DNA of 64,000 bases, taken from the IMG/VR virus record IMGVR_UViG_3300042090_002370, positions 99,860-163,859 of that record. The stretch is one strand, 5' to 3'. The notes under the pieces were generated by a model. It was not told the origin of the DNA. It did no database searches and saw only the letters and a list, made by a program, of their open reading frames with translations. Source of the DNA: a virus. The position numbers and the translations under genes were made by a program. Below are positions 37,267 to 45,296 of this stretch, piece by piece (position 1 is the first letter of the stretch; each line of letters begins with the position of its first letter).

Positions 37267-37532
37267 GACTCATCGTAAGAGAGGGTCCGGGTAAGGTGGG
37301 GCTGAATTTCATGTGGCTCCCCGCCTTCTGCGCGATGGACAACAACCTCAAGAAGCAGGTCGAGGAGGCGGTGGGACCGAAGCTCAAAGGCAAGCCGATG
37401 AACGACGAGACTCTCAACTTCGCGCACAACGAGGCCCTCGACTTCATCTGCAACTACCACAAGGCGATACCAGGGTTGAGGGACTACCTCGACGCGATCA
37501 AGTTCGTGGACGATACAGGCAAGAGCGCATGA
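37263..37532 (+). CDS. Hypothetical protein
   Basis: ATGA-coupled. Confidence 0.65.
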   Translation: MRLIVREGPGKVGLNFMWLPAFCAMDNNLKKQVEEAVGPKLKGKPMNDETLNFAHNEALDFICNYHKAIPGLRDYLDAIKFVDDTGKSA

Positions 37533-37702
37533 AAGACAGCCGTGTCCAGATGCGCATTGACGCACGTCTGAAGAAGAGTGCTGAACGCGTCGCTGCACGC
37601 CGGCAGCTTTCGTTGACCGGGCTCATCGTGCAGCTGCTGACGCAGGCGGTGGAAGCAGATCAGCTTGAGCGGCATGGAAGTCAACAGGCGGAGCAGATCT
37701 AA
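37529..37702 (+). CDS. Ribbon-helix-helix DNA-binding protein
   Basis: RVQMRIDARLKKSAERVAARRQLSLTGLIVQLL. Confidence 0.7.
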   Translation: MKDSRVQMRIDARLKKSAERVAARRQLSLTGLIVQLLTQAVEADQLERHGSQQAEQI

Positions 37703-38244
37703 TGAGTGAGTACAAGGAGATCAACGACAGCATCGAGGTACCGCGCAATACCGGCATCGAGGGCTTCTTGCGTGTGGTGCGTGACATCCTCAAGCGGCCG
37801 CGTGTGCAGGGCATTGAGATCGATGCTCGCGGTAAGGTGTCCTACCGCTACTTCGCCCGACAGGGTGAGGAGAAGCTGCCGCTTTCTACCGACTTCGAGA
37901 CCCTGCGTCCGTATATGGTGGTGCGGAACGGTAAGGCGGTCGAGCTCGTTGACCCCAGCCCGCACGCTCCTACTGCGCTAGGCCAGCTCTTTGACATGGC
38001 GGCCGTCGATCACCTCTTCCCTGTTGCCTGGGTCGCCGGCGTACAGTCACGGTTCTGGGATTGGTACGCGTCGTCGACGAAGCTCAGCCTATCTTCACGT
38101 GAGGAGCTCTTTGGGTTGCCCTTCCTGACCGACCGAGAGATCCCTGATGAGAGCTTGCTCTTGTGCACAGCATTCGCTAGGGCGGCTTCGCTCATTGACG
38201 TCCAAAAGAGCTACAAGATCGTCATTCCGCAGGTGAAACTATGA
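37702..38244 (+). CDS. Hypothetical protein
   Basis: TAATG-coupled, 180 aa. Confidence 0.7.
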   Translation: MSEYKEINDSIEVPRNTGIEGFLRVVRDILKRPRVQGIEIDARGKVSYRYFARQGEEKLPLSTDFETLRPYMVVRNGKAVELVDPSPHAPTALGQLFDMAAVDHLFPVAWVAGVQSRFWDWYASSTKLSLSSREELFGLPFLTDREIPDESLLLCTAFARAASLIDVQKSYKIVIPQVKL

Positions 38245-38729
38245 CACCCATGACCCAGGCTGTGCTCAAGGCAGGGCTTATCACGCCCAACATGCTGCGC
38301 GAGATTAAGCGCTTCAGCGTTACCATCGACCGCGATGCCGAGGTGGAAGAGCCAAAGGAGCTCGAGCTTGCAGCCAAGATCGTTGCCGACGCTCTCGAAA
38401 GTCAGGAGTATACGGTTGTTCGTGAGACTGACCTTGACGTTCTTCATGAGTACCTCGAGTCTCACGTAGACGGCGTGCTGCATCTGGAGGCTGTCGAGAG
38501 CGTCAAACCTGTAGAGTTCGAGGTCAGCTACTGTGTGTCGAAGATGGGGGAGTACGTCGTTGCTTGGACTGGGGAGCGCCTTTTCGATGTTCTCACCAAC
38601 GGTACGACGTTCCTCAGAACGGCTATAGGCGACGTCTTCTTCAAGGACGTGCACGAGCTTTGGTACGGGGGGAGAAAGGCCTTCATGGTCTGTACTCCAA
38701 GAGAGGTGGTCAATGGCCACGGAGGCTGA
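38241..38729 (+). CDS. Hypothetical acidic protein
   Basis: ATGA-coupled. Confidence 0.65.
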   Translation: MTPMTQAVLKAGLITPNMLREIKRFSVTIDRDAEVEEPKELELAAKIVADALESQEYTVVRETDLDVLHEYLESHVDGVLHLEAVESVKPVEFEVSYCVSKMGEYVVAWTGERLFDVLTNGTTFLRTAIGDVFFKDVHELWYGGRKAFMVCTPREVVNGHGG

Positions 38730-39177
38730 CCTATTCAAAGTCCTACACAGAAAGTCTGGGTTAGAGGTGTTGAGCCATACCTGGACGGTCCCTGGCAAGA
38801 AGTTGCGTGTCGTTGGCCGCGTTCCAAAGCAGGGCATGAATGTGGGCAACTATCTTATCCTCGTCCACAATACGCTCGCTGCTGTACAGCGCGGGCGCCC
38901 ATGGTCGGCCGACATCTCGGACGTCTACATGCTCAAGAACGACAAGGTTGTATTTGCCAGACGCTGGCTGCTTCAAGCAGATGAGCTCGAGAAGCACTTC
39001 GACGAGATCATCCATGTGCTGAAGAGCGCCCCTGTTGCACAACGCCCAGAGCCAGAAGAGGTACGGCTCTACGGTCGCAGCTCGAATGATACGGCGGGTG
39101 GCAGGCGTGGCGCTGGACCTGTCGGTTCAGTGGCAGTTGGGCCGTTGGCTGTGATGAGGAAGGGTATGGGTGGTTAG
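38713..39177 (+). CDS. Hypothetical protein
   Basis: RBS GAGG. Confidence 0.65.
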   Translation: MATEADLFKVLHRKSGLEVLSHTWTVPGKKLRVVGRVPKQGMNVGNYLILVHNTLAAVQRGRPWSADISDVYMLKNDKVVFARRWLLQADELEKHFDEIIHVLKSAPVAQRPEPEEVRLYGRSSNDTAGGRRGAGPVGSVAVGPLAVMRKGMGG

Positions 39178-39852
39178 ATGCCGCACGTCTCCGAGGCCAT
39201 CAAGTATGGAGAGGACTTGGATATCGGGAAGGCGCCAACGCTGTCTGCGGAGGAGTTGCATATCCTGAAGCAGAGGCAGGCTGCTCTCGACAAGCTGCTT
39301 TCTGAGAAGAAGCGGGCGAAGTACAAGTTGGAGATGATGTTCGGCTCTACATACAGAAGCGGTCAGGCTTACCCTGGTGCGATCAGTCTGTGGTTGAGCG
39401 GAACGAAGTTGCATGGCGGCGGCGACGAAAAATGCTTCTGCTGCCCGCGCTGCATGAAGGAGTTCAAAGGGCAGATCCTGCCGCTCAAGGCACTGATTCC
39501 ACCGTCTGCGCAGGGATATGGGCACGGCGTCTGCGGCCAATGCGGCACGACTTGGGAGGGCGATAACATGGTGGGTGAGATTTTTGCACGGCTTACGACA
39601 GCCGGTTGGACAGAGCTCATCTACCGTTGGATGCGCACGCTGGAATTCAATGCCGACCTTTATATGAAGAGGCCCAGGCTTGATCTACGTGTCGCTGCTA
39701 GTCTCGAACATGCGCGGCAGCATGGCGGTGAGAAGCTACAAGCTGTGCGTAAGAAGCTTGAAGTTGTAATCTATCCGTTAGCGCACCTTCTGCAAGATGT
39801 GTCCGGCGGCGCAACAATGCCGACACGAATCAGGGCCTTCCTGCAGGCATGA
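39178..39852 (+). CDS. Zn-ribbon hypothetical protein
   Basis: CPRC...CGQC. Confidence 0.65.
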   Translation: MPHVSEAIKYGEDLDIGKAPTLSAEELHILKQRQAALDKLLSEKKRAKYKLEMMFGSTYRSGQAYPGAISLWLSGTKLHGGGDEKCFCCPRCMKEFKGQILPLKALIPPSAQGYGHGVCGQCGTTWEGDNMVGEIFARLTTAGWTELIYRWMRTLEFNADLYMKRPRLDLRVAASLEHARQHGGEKLQAVRKKLEVVIYPLAHLLQDVSGGATMPTRIRAFLQA

Positions 39853-39884
39853 TGCTGGTTGTATGCTAGGAACTGGACAAAGCC

Positions 39885-40277
39885 GTGGCAGACTATCGAC
39901 ATCACGCCATCTTTCGGACGATCACCATGGAGCTCCACCGGATGGTTCTCGACAAGTTCGTCGACAACGAAACACCGGCTACGGAGAAGGTCATTAGCGG
40001 CTCGCTGCCCTCCAATACGAACGAGGTAACTCAGGCTGAGTTCTTGGAGTACTGCAGTACAGTTCTAGCCACCGTGGAAAGTTTCCACTACGGTCAGATG
40101 AACAGGTACGGTTGGCGACCGGGGGATGTGGTTGAAGAAAATGGCCTCGGCGGTATTCTGGTACCTGACGAGCTCCCACCAAAACCCAAGGACAAGAAGG
40201 ATGACGCAGCGAGACCGAAGCGCAAAGGCAAGAAGAGGAAGCCAGAGCCGCCCGAAGGCACCCCGGCCGCAACCTAA
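39885..40277 (+). CDS. Hypothetical protein with basic tail
   Basis: GTG start; TATGCT upstream. Confidence 0.55.
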   Translation: MADYRHHAIFRTITMELHRMVLDKFVDNETPATEKVISGSLPSNTNEVTQAEFLEYCSTVLATVESFHYGQMNRYGWRPGDVVEENGLGGILVPDELPPKPKDKKDDAARPKRKGKKRKPEPPEGTPAAT

Positions 40278-40623
40278 GGTTGCCGTCGCGTTCAGCATGC
40301 TCGAGGAGCGGCTGAAGCAACTCGAGGATGCCTTCAACACGAATACGAGCGCGTTCAGCGACGGCTTCAAAATGGTTGAGGCACAACTCGAAGTGCTACG
40401 ACGCGTAGTTGAGCACGTGCGCACATCGTCGCCTTTCCTTAAGCTCGTCGATGTGAACTCAGGCGGGTTCTTGAAGCAGGTCTCCTGGAATGCTTACCTC
40501 AAAGAGTACATCGAGGAGCTGGTGGCCAAGGAAACTACGCAGGAAGAGCACGGTCCCGGACCAATTCTGCTAGACTCAGACGCGGGCCAGGAACAACCTA
40601 CTATTTTCGGAGGCGGTCAGTGA
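40201..40623 (+). CDS. Coiled-coil hypothetical protein
   Basis: LEERLKQLEDAF; start uncertain. Confidence 0.55.
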   Translation: MTQRDRSAKARRGSQSRPKAPRPQPKVAVAFSMLEERLKQLEDAFNTNTSAFSDGFKMVEAQLEVLRRVVEHVRTSSPFLKLVDVNSGGFLKQVSWNAYLKEYIEELVAKETTQEEHGPGPILLDSDAGQEQPTIFGGGQ

Positions 40624-40919
40624 GAATCATCCGATCTGTTCGTGACAATCGTGGCAACGTCATCGCGAAGACGCCTGCCGGTGGGGTGGGCCGCCTGAAG
40701 TGCCCCAAGTGCTCGGGCAACTGCACGGCGCAGCACATGCCGAATGGAAAGCGTGTGATGAAGTGTGGGAACTGCAGCGCGTCCTACGTAGTGGGCGCTA
40801 TGTCGTCTCCGAAGGTGGCGCAGCCGGGGGCGATTCAACCGCACACCCTGCACACGCATCACCATCCAACACGCCCTGCTGCGCGTCCCGTCGTAGCACC
40901 CACGCCGCGTGGTCGTTGA
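40620..40919 (+). CDS. Zn-ribbon protein
   Basis: CPKC...CGNC; GTGA-coupled. Confidence 0.6.
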   Translation: MRIIRSVRDNRGNVIAKTPAGGVGRLKCPKCSGNCTAQHMPNGKRVMKCGNCSASYVVGAMSSPKVAQPGAIQPHTLHTHHHPTRPAARPVVAPTPRGR

Positions 40920-41280
40920 GGGACCCCACGATCTCGAAGCCGTGATGACGGTAGAGACGTAGGGCCCTCTTATTGTCCTTCTTAACGGTCAAGATGACCG
41001 TCTTGCCCTGTACGATGACGGCCAGTAGCAGCTTCGCGCCGATGCCGAGCCCCTGCGCCTCTGGGGCGACGCCGAGGCGGGTGAGGTCGAGCTGGTCGCC
41101 TGCCTTGCGCACCAAGGCGTATCCGTAGACGCCACCACCCGGCGTGGTCCAGACAAGCCCAGTTCCCACCTCGAGCTCACGTACGAGCATGGTCTCGTTC
41201 ATGGAGTTCTCGAAAAGTCTGCCCTCCAGTTCCAGTAGGAAGGGCACGTCGTCGTGAGTTACAACGCGAATTCGGTTCAT
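40798..41280 (-). CDS. GNAT acetyltransferase (RimI-like)
   Basis: LGVAPEAQGLGIGAKLL; N..ALRLY..HGF. Confidence 0.9.
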   Translation of the reverse strand: MNRIRVVTHDDVPFLLELEGRLFENSMNETMLVRELEVGTGLVWTTPGGGVYGYALVRKAGDQLDLTRLGVAPEAQGLGIGAKLLLAVIVQGKTVILTVKKDNKRALRLYRHHGFEIVGSLNDHAAWVLRRDAQQGVLDGDACAGCAVESPPAAPPSETT

Positions 41281-41282
41281 GA

Positions 41283-41320
41283 GTAGCTAGAAAAGAATAA
41301 CGCCCTGCCGAAGCAGGGCG
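41283..41320 (-). terminator. Terminator (TTCG loop) plus TAGCTAC
   Basis: CGCCCTGC-TTCG-GCAGGGCG, TTATTCTTTT, TAGCTAC on minus strand. Confidence 0.8.
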
Positions 41321-41331
41321 CCAGTCCTTTT

Positions 41332-41646
41332 TTACCTCCGGCCCGCTAAGCGTTCTTCAATCCAGGGCGGGACTTCCTGCGGCTCGGCGCCGACTAGCTC
41401 TAAAGTCAGTTCGCGAATGCTATCCCCGAGGTCGCAGAGTGCGCTGATGGTCTGAGCATCCAGACGGAGTCGCCGTTCTTCTATGGCTGTGAGAACGTAG
41501 CTGATTTTCCTATATAGCACGCAGGCGAGTAGTAGCGCCTCGTAGTATTTGCGCTCGTTAGCGTAAGCCCGGATGTGCTGTAGCATCATGCCAACTTCGT
41601 TCTTGCCTAGTACTGCCTTGTCGGTGATGATGAGATTGTTGTTCAT
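41332..41646 (-). CDS. Hypothetical helical protein in a promoter-terminator cassette
   Basis: RBS GAGGAG; own promoter. Confidence 0.65.
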   Translation of the reverse strand: MNNNLIITDKAVLGKNEVGMMLQHIRAYANERKYYEALLLACVLYRKISYVLTAIEERRLRLDAQTISALCDLGDSIRELTLELVGAEPQEVPPWIEERLAGRR

Positions 41647-41665
41647 GGTGGGTCTCCTCACCATC

Positions 41666-41693
41666 CTTATTCCGCGTTGCGGATAGGAGTTGC
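41666..41693 (-). promoter_or_regulatory. Phage promoter GCAA-N16-GGAATAAG
   Basis: Motif copy. Confidence 0.75.
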
Positions 41694-41694
41694 C

Positions 41695-41931
41695 ATGACG
41701 GAGTTGGAGCAGCAGGTAGAGAGGCTCATTGAGGACTTCGAGCAGTGGTTCACTCGGCCAGTGGCGGAGGTGCGTAACGAACCTATCGTCAGGTCCGAGA
41801 AAGCTATCCTCAAGACCTTCTTATGGTGGGTCATCAATCTGCGTGACGGGGTATCCCTTCCTGGTGTAGTGATACCCACAAAGGAGAAGGCGAATGGCGA
41901 GAGTTCTGAAGTACGAAACGAAGTGCTCTAG
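41695..41931 (+). CDS. Hypothetical protein
   Basis: RBS AGGAG. Confidence 0.6.
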   Translation: MTELEQQVERLIEDFEQWFTRPVAEVRNEPIVRSEKAILKTFLWWVINLRDGVSLPGVVIPTKEKANGESSEVRNEVL

Positions 41932-42280
41932 GTGTGAGCGTGTGGAGTTGCAGGAGGCGGCGCCTGACGAGCTGGCTAAGCCCGAGGCGGGCGACGAGGC
42001 CGTTGCGTTCTACGCTGCCCTCGGTGAGCCGTCCGTCGAGGTGTCGTTCGAGGACCTCTGCACACCATGCAGGCGGACCATACGCGCGGTGCTCGACCAG
42101 ATCGGTAAGAGGGTCAAAGGCCTGTCTCCCGACCGCAAGGCAGAGAAGAAGCCGAAAGCGCCATCGGTAGCTAAGGAAAAGCCGGCCGCGCAACATGCGC
42201 AACCGGCTGAATCCGTACACGCTACGCCTGGTCAGTTGTTCGCAAAGGCCAGCGCCCCTACCGCTGCTCGCGCGGGCTGA
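41894..42280 (+). CDS. Zn-finger protein with basic tail
   Basis: CSRC...DLCTPC. Confidence 0.65.
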   Translation: MARVLKYETKCSRCERVELQEAAPDELAKPEAGDEAVAFYAALGEPSVEVSFEDLCTPCRRTIRAVLDQIGKRVKGLSPDRKAEKKPKAPSVAKEKPAAQHAQPAESVHATPGQLFAKASAPTAARAG

Positions 42281-42855
42281 CGTCTACGCTCAATCTCCTC
42301 GTTCTGCCCGTCTATTGATAGCCATGCCCCATTCCAACGAACGGGCAGAACAGGCTGAGCCCCTTCAAGGTTTCCTGTTCGCCGGATGCAGAAGTTCGCC
42401 CCCGGGTTCATGAGCAGCATCACGTCTAAGATATCCACACCCTCTCGAATGCGCGCCAGTTCCTCATCCGTGCAAAACGGCTGCACGCCTATAGGAGGAA
42501 AGCTCCTAGGCCTTCTCCTGACCCAGCCTCTATCCATCTGCTCTTCGAGTACGTTTGCTGTAAGGTAAGCCTTGCCGCCCACCCCACCAGCTGTTATCAC
42601 GTGAACGAGCACCTGCCGGTCTCTGTGACCGTGCGCTGGTGATTTGAGCAGCAGCAGGTTATGTGGTGCGAAGTCCGGCGAGGCCCGTTCGAGACGTAGC
42701 TCTACGGCTGGGTCCGTATCCTCGATGACCGCAATGAGTTTCGGGTGAAGCCGTATATCTTGCGGACATCCAACAGGTCGTTGCAGGCGCGGTTCTCCGT
42801 CGCGCACGATAGGAATTCCGTACTTCACGCGTTCTGCGATCTCATACAAATGCAT
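42232..42855 (-). CDS. Hypothetical protein
   Basis: ATG after GGAGG; own promoter. Confidence 0.6.
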   Translation of the reverse strand: MHLYEIAERVKYGIPIVRDGEPRLQRPVGCPQDIRLHPKLIAVIEDTDPAVELRLERASPDFAPHNLLLLKSPAHGHRDRQVLVHVITAGGVGGKAYLTANVLEEQMDRGWVRRRPRSFPPIGVQPFCTDEELARIREGVDILDVMLLMNPGANFCIRRTGNLEGAQPVLPVRWNGAWLSIDGQNEEIERRRQPARAAVGALAFANN

Positions 42856-42894
42856 GACACCTCCCACGCAGCGGGTTGTTCCGCCGTCATGTTT

Positions 42895-42921
42895 CTTATC
42901 CCTTTTATGGGAGGTATTTGC
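42895..42921 (-). promoter_or_regulatory. Phage promoter GCAA-N15-GGGATAAG
   Basis: Motif copy. Confidence 0.75.
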
Positions 42922-42934
42922 AGTACTGTTTGAG

Positions 42935-43210
42935 TCAGCCAGCAGCGAGAAAAACTGGCGTTTCTAGCGCACGGTCGAGCGCGTTCATGGCAAGTGTGCC
43001 CAGGTGCCGAACGGCGATGCCGCGAATGTGTCGATTCGCAGCAAGTAGACGTGAGCGGGCCGTGAGGCTGGTCCTCTGGTCGCAAATGGGGTCGAGCCCC
43101 TCAAAGTAGCTTGCTACGTCGGCCTGTCCGTTCTCTTCCAGTGAAACCTTCAGGAAGAGGAGCGCCTCGTAGGCCGACTCGTACAAGCTGGTTTCGAAGT
43201 CAGTGTACAT
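42935..43210 (-). CDS. Hypothetical protein
   Basis: RBS AAGGAGG. Confidence 0.7.
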   Translation of the reverse strand: MYTDFETSLYESAYEALLFLKVSLEENGQADVASYFEGLDPICDQRTSLTARSRLLAANRHIRGIAVRHLGTLAMNALDRALETPVFLAAG

Positions 43211-43275
43211 GGTGTCCTCCTTTCACTGGTAACCATAACTGTGGTCAGGCTTGACAGCAACTACTTCTATGCACC

Positions 43276-43394
43276 GTAGCTAAAAACATGCACACCCACC
43301 CGTGGGGTGGATGAGGGGGTGTGCATGCTGAAGACTGTTCCACTCTACGCTGGGAGACCCAGTACAGCGCGGGTGGGAGGTGGCCTTCAAATCT
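43276..43394 (-). ncRNA. Candidate small RNA (about 110 nt)
   Basis: Lies between promoter 43395-43422 and a CATGCACACCC/GGGTGTGCATG terminator with TAGCTAC; no RBS-led ORF. Confidence 0.45.
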
Positions 43395-43422
43395 CTTATG
43401 CCGTTATTGTGGTAGTAATTGC
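43395..43422 (-). promoter_or_regulatory. Phage promoter GCAA-N16-GGCATAAG
   Basis: Motif copy. Confidence 0.7.
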
Positions 43423-43430
43423 GCATACAC

Positions 43431-43475
43431 GTAGCTAGTGAAGAGCGCGTCCCCCTATGCGGGGGAGCACTCTTC
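43431..43475 (-). terminator. Hairpin plus TAGCTAC
   Basis: GAAGAG..TCCCCC/GGGGGA..CTCTTC stem; TAGCTAC at 43437-43431. Confidence 0.65.
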
Positions 43476-43486
43476 GTGGGCGCCGG

Positions 43487-43849
43487 CTACTTCTTGATGC
43501 CAGGAACCGGTACCTGGGGGAGCGCCTCGGGGGTCGGGGACGGAGCAGCGCGGTTCAACAGCAACCCCACCGCAGCAGCCCCTGCAGCCGCGCCGGCGGC
43601 AGCAAGACCGAAGGTGAGCGCTCCGCTCGTGACTTTTGCCCGCATCGTGCTCTGCCTAGCGTGCACACCCCAGAGCTCATGGCAGATGCGGTTGGTCTCC
43701 TGGTTGAGCACCTGCTGCTTGTGCACGGCGGCGTTGGTGTCGGCGATGGTCGCGCCGAGGATGCCTTCGCTTGATGCCGCACTGACCTGCGGTTCGCGGC
43801 TGACGTCGTTCTGAGTATGGGGCTTCTCGGTCTGCGTATTGGTGTTCAT
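43487..43849 (-). CDS. Small protein with C-terminal TM helix
   Basis: ATG after GAGAG downstream of promoter 43901-43928. Confidence 0.6.
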   Translation of the reverse strand: MNTNTQTEKPHTQNDVSREPQVSAASSEGILGATIADTNAAVHKQQVLNQETNRICHELWGVHARQSTMRAKVTSGALTFGLAAAGAAAGAAAVGLLLNRAAPSPTPEALPQVPVPGIKK

Positions 43850-43900
43850 GGTGGTCTCTCTTGTGTGTGGGTTGTGTGGACGTACTGTCCGGTCAAGGCT

Positions 43901-43928
43901 CTTATCCCGCTGTTGCGGAAAGTTTTGC
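43901..43928 (-). promoter_or_regulatory. Phage promoter GCAA-N16-GGGATAAG
   Basis: Motif copy. Confidence 0.75.
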
Positions 43929-43967
43929 GCTCCGTCGATGCCTATCCCGTGTGCCGCCAGCCGCTTC

Positions 43968-44339
43968 CTATGCCGCTGGCTGACATTGGGCTTGCTCATT
44001 AACTTCCTCCTCTTGTGGTTGTGTTGACTGTGTGGGTACGGGTGGCTCCTGCACTGTTCCGCAGGTGGGACACCTACAGAGTGGCCCTGTCGGATTGTTG
44101 AGTAGTGCGTTCAAGGCTCGCAGCCCGCGCTCGAACGCGGGGTGCTGAGCAATTCCCAAGAACTCCTCTTTGGTGATGTAGAGCTGAAGCGTAACCAGCC
44201 GACGACGGACTTCGCCTGTCTCTACACGATGCTTCGTCTCGACCATGCAGTCGGTTACAGCGAGGGCCCCGTTCAGGAGCCCCGTAACCATGCGCGCTGC
44301 TCCGCCTATGGCGCTGAACCACAGAGTGGTTGCGATCAT
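43968..44339 (-). CDS. Hypothetical protein
   Basis: RBS GGAGG; two tandem promoters upstream. Confidence 0.6.
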   Translation of the reverse strand: MIATTLWFSAIGGAARMVTGLLNGALAVTDCMVETKHRVETGEVRRRLVTLQLYITKEEFLGIAQHPAFERGLRALNALLNNPTGPLCRCPTCGTVQEPPVPTQSTQPQEEEVNEQAQCQPAA

Positions 44340-44364
44340 TCGATTCCTCCCTTTCCTCGTTAGA

Positions 44365-44392
44365 CTTATCCCCCAGACGCGTGATTTGTTGC
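44365..44392 (-). promoter_or_regulatory. Phage promoter GCAA-N16-GGGATAAG
   Basis: Motif copy. Confidence 0.75.
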
Positions 44393-44428
44393 GGCCGCCC
44401 CGTTCTGAGTAGGGCTCTTCTCACCATC

Positions 44429-44456
44429 CTTATCCCCTAAACCACTAGGTTTTTGC
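44429..44456 (-). promoter_or_regulatory. Phage promoter GCAA-N16-GGGATAAG
   Basis: Motif copy; shares ATAAGGATGGTGAG with the 41666 copy. Confidence 0.75.
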
Positions 44457-44521
44457 CTGGTTTAGGGTTCTTAGCTGTTGGCATGGGAGTTGTTCAAACT
44501 TGCTTGAAGGAGGTGTTTCTA

Positions 44522-44553
44522 GGGCTTGACAAGCCCCTCTGAGTAGGTATCTT
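44522..44553 (+). promoter_or_regulatory. Sigma70-like promoter TTGACA-N16-TATCTT inside palindrome GGGCTTG-A-CAAGCCC
   Basis: Perfect -35 at 44526-44531; -10-like at 44548-44553. Confidence 0.5.
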
Positions 44554-44554
44554 T

Positions 44555-44877
44555 CCCCTACTTCTGAGGGATCGGAGTTTCTCGTTTGACTCGGACGTTC
44601 CGAGGCAAAATCAGCGGGGAGCGTTGAGGACCTCTCAGCGGTGATGAGTTGCTTGGCTAGCGATCCTCAGAGAAGGGGCGGAGTTACCAGGGATCTCAGT
44701 TGTACCCGAGCTTGAACCGTCAAGCCGGATCCTTACTGTGAAGGGACCTTCTGAAGGCGTTCGCATAGGATCAAACCCAGTGCTCTCCTCAAGTTTGAGT
44801 AGGTTCTAGGATACGGTCTTTCAGGTAGGACGCGCAGCTAGGAAAGAAAGGTGACAGGTCGGCCTGTCACCTTTCTT
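44555..44877 (+). ncRNA. Candidate structured RNA (about 320 nt)
   Basis: ORF-free; long-range stem 44555-44574/44661-44678 enclosing hairpins; ends at a strong hairpin. Confidence 0.4.
44834..44877. terminator. Bidirectional terminator (TAGCTGC on minus side)
   Basis: AAGAAAGGTGACAGG-TCGG-CCTGTCACCTTTCTT 15-bp stem. Confidence 0.8.
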
Positions 44878-44920
44878 ACGGCCTACCTTGGGCCGACTTG
44901 CTTCTAGGCACTTGACCAGG

Positions 44921-45190
44921 TTAGCTGAAGAGGAACCGTACTTTCCCGATCAGCCCCATAGCCTTCACGCTCTTCACGCCTGCGCCGACGCCGCAGGCGT
45001 AGATGACCACGCCGGTGAGGAAGACGCCGCAGATGCTGAGCGGTACGGCATCCTTTATCTGCGTCAAGGTCCTCTGTGCAGCCAGCTCTTCTCGCCGCTC
45101 ACGCTCTACGGCCTGTGCGACGTACGCGCTTTCAGGTACGCGTCGTGTCTGGTCTGCTTGATTTTTGGTACTGTTGTCAGATGCGTTCAT
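44921..45190 (-). CDS. Small protein with a TM helix
   Basis: ATG after AAGGAG downstream of promoter 45236-45263. Confidence 0.6.
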   Translation of the reverse strand: MNASDNSTKNQADQTRRVPESAYVAQAVERERREELAAQRTLTQIKDAVPLSICGVFLTGVVIYACGVGAGVKSVKAMGLIGKVRFLFS

Positions 45191-45235
45191 TGTGGTCTCC
45201 TTATCGTTCATGATGTGTGGGTCTACTTCAACCTC

Positions 45236-45263
45236 CTTATTCCGTGGATTCGACATGAATTGC
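45236..45263 (-). promoter_or_regulatory. Phage promoter GCAA-N16-GGAATAAG
   Basis: Motif copy. Confidence 0.75.
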
Positions 45264-45296
45264 CAGCCGTGGGCGTGCTAGGCTGGGCTAGCCCCC

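Noticed and set aside
43251-43280. TTGACA as a plus-strand sigma70 promoter
   Set aside because: No -10 hexamer at 16-18 nt spacing
44555-44877. tRNA, tmRNA, RNase P RNA or group I intron
   Set aside because: No cloverleaf/T-loop, tag reading frame or other hallmark recognised; kept only as an unknown RNA candidate
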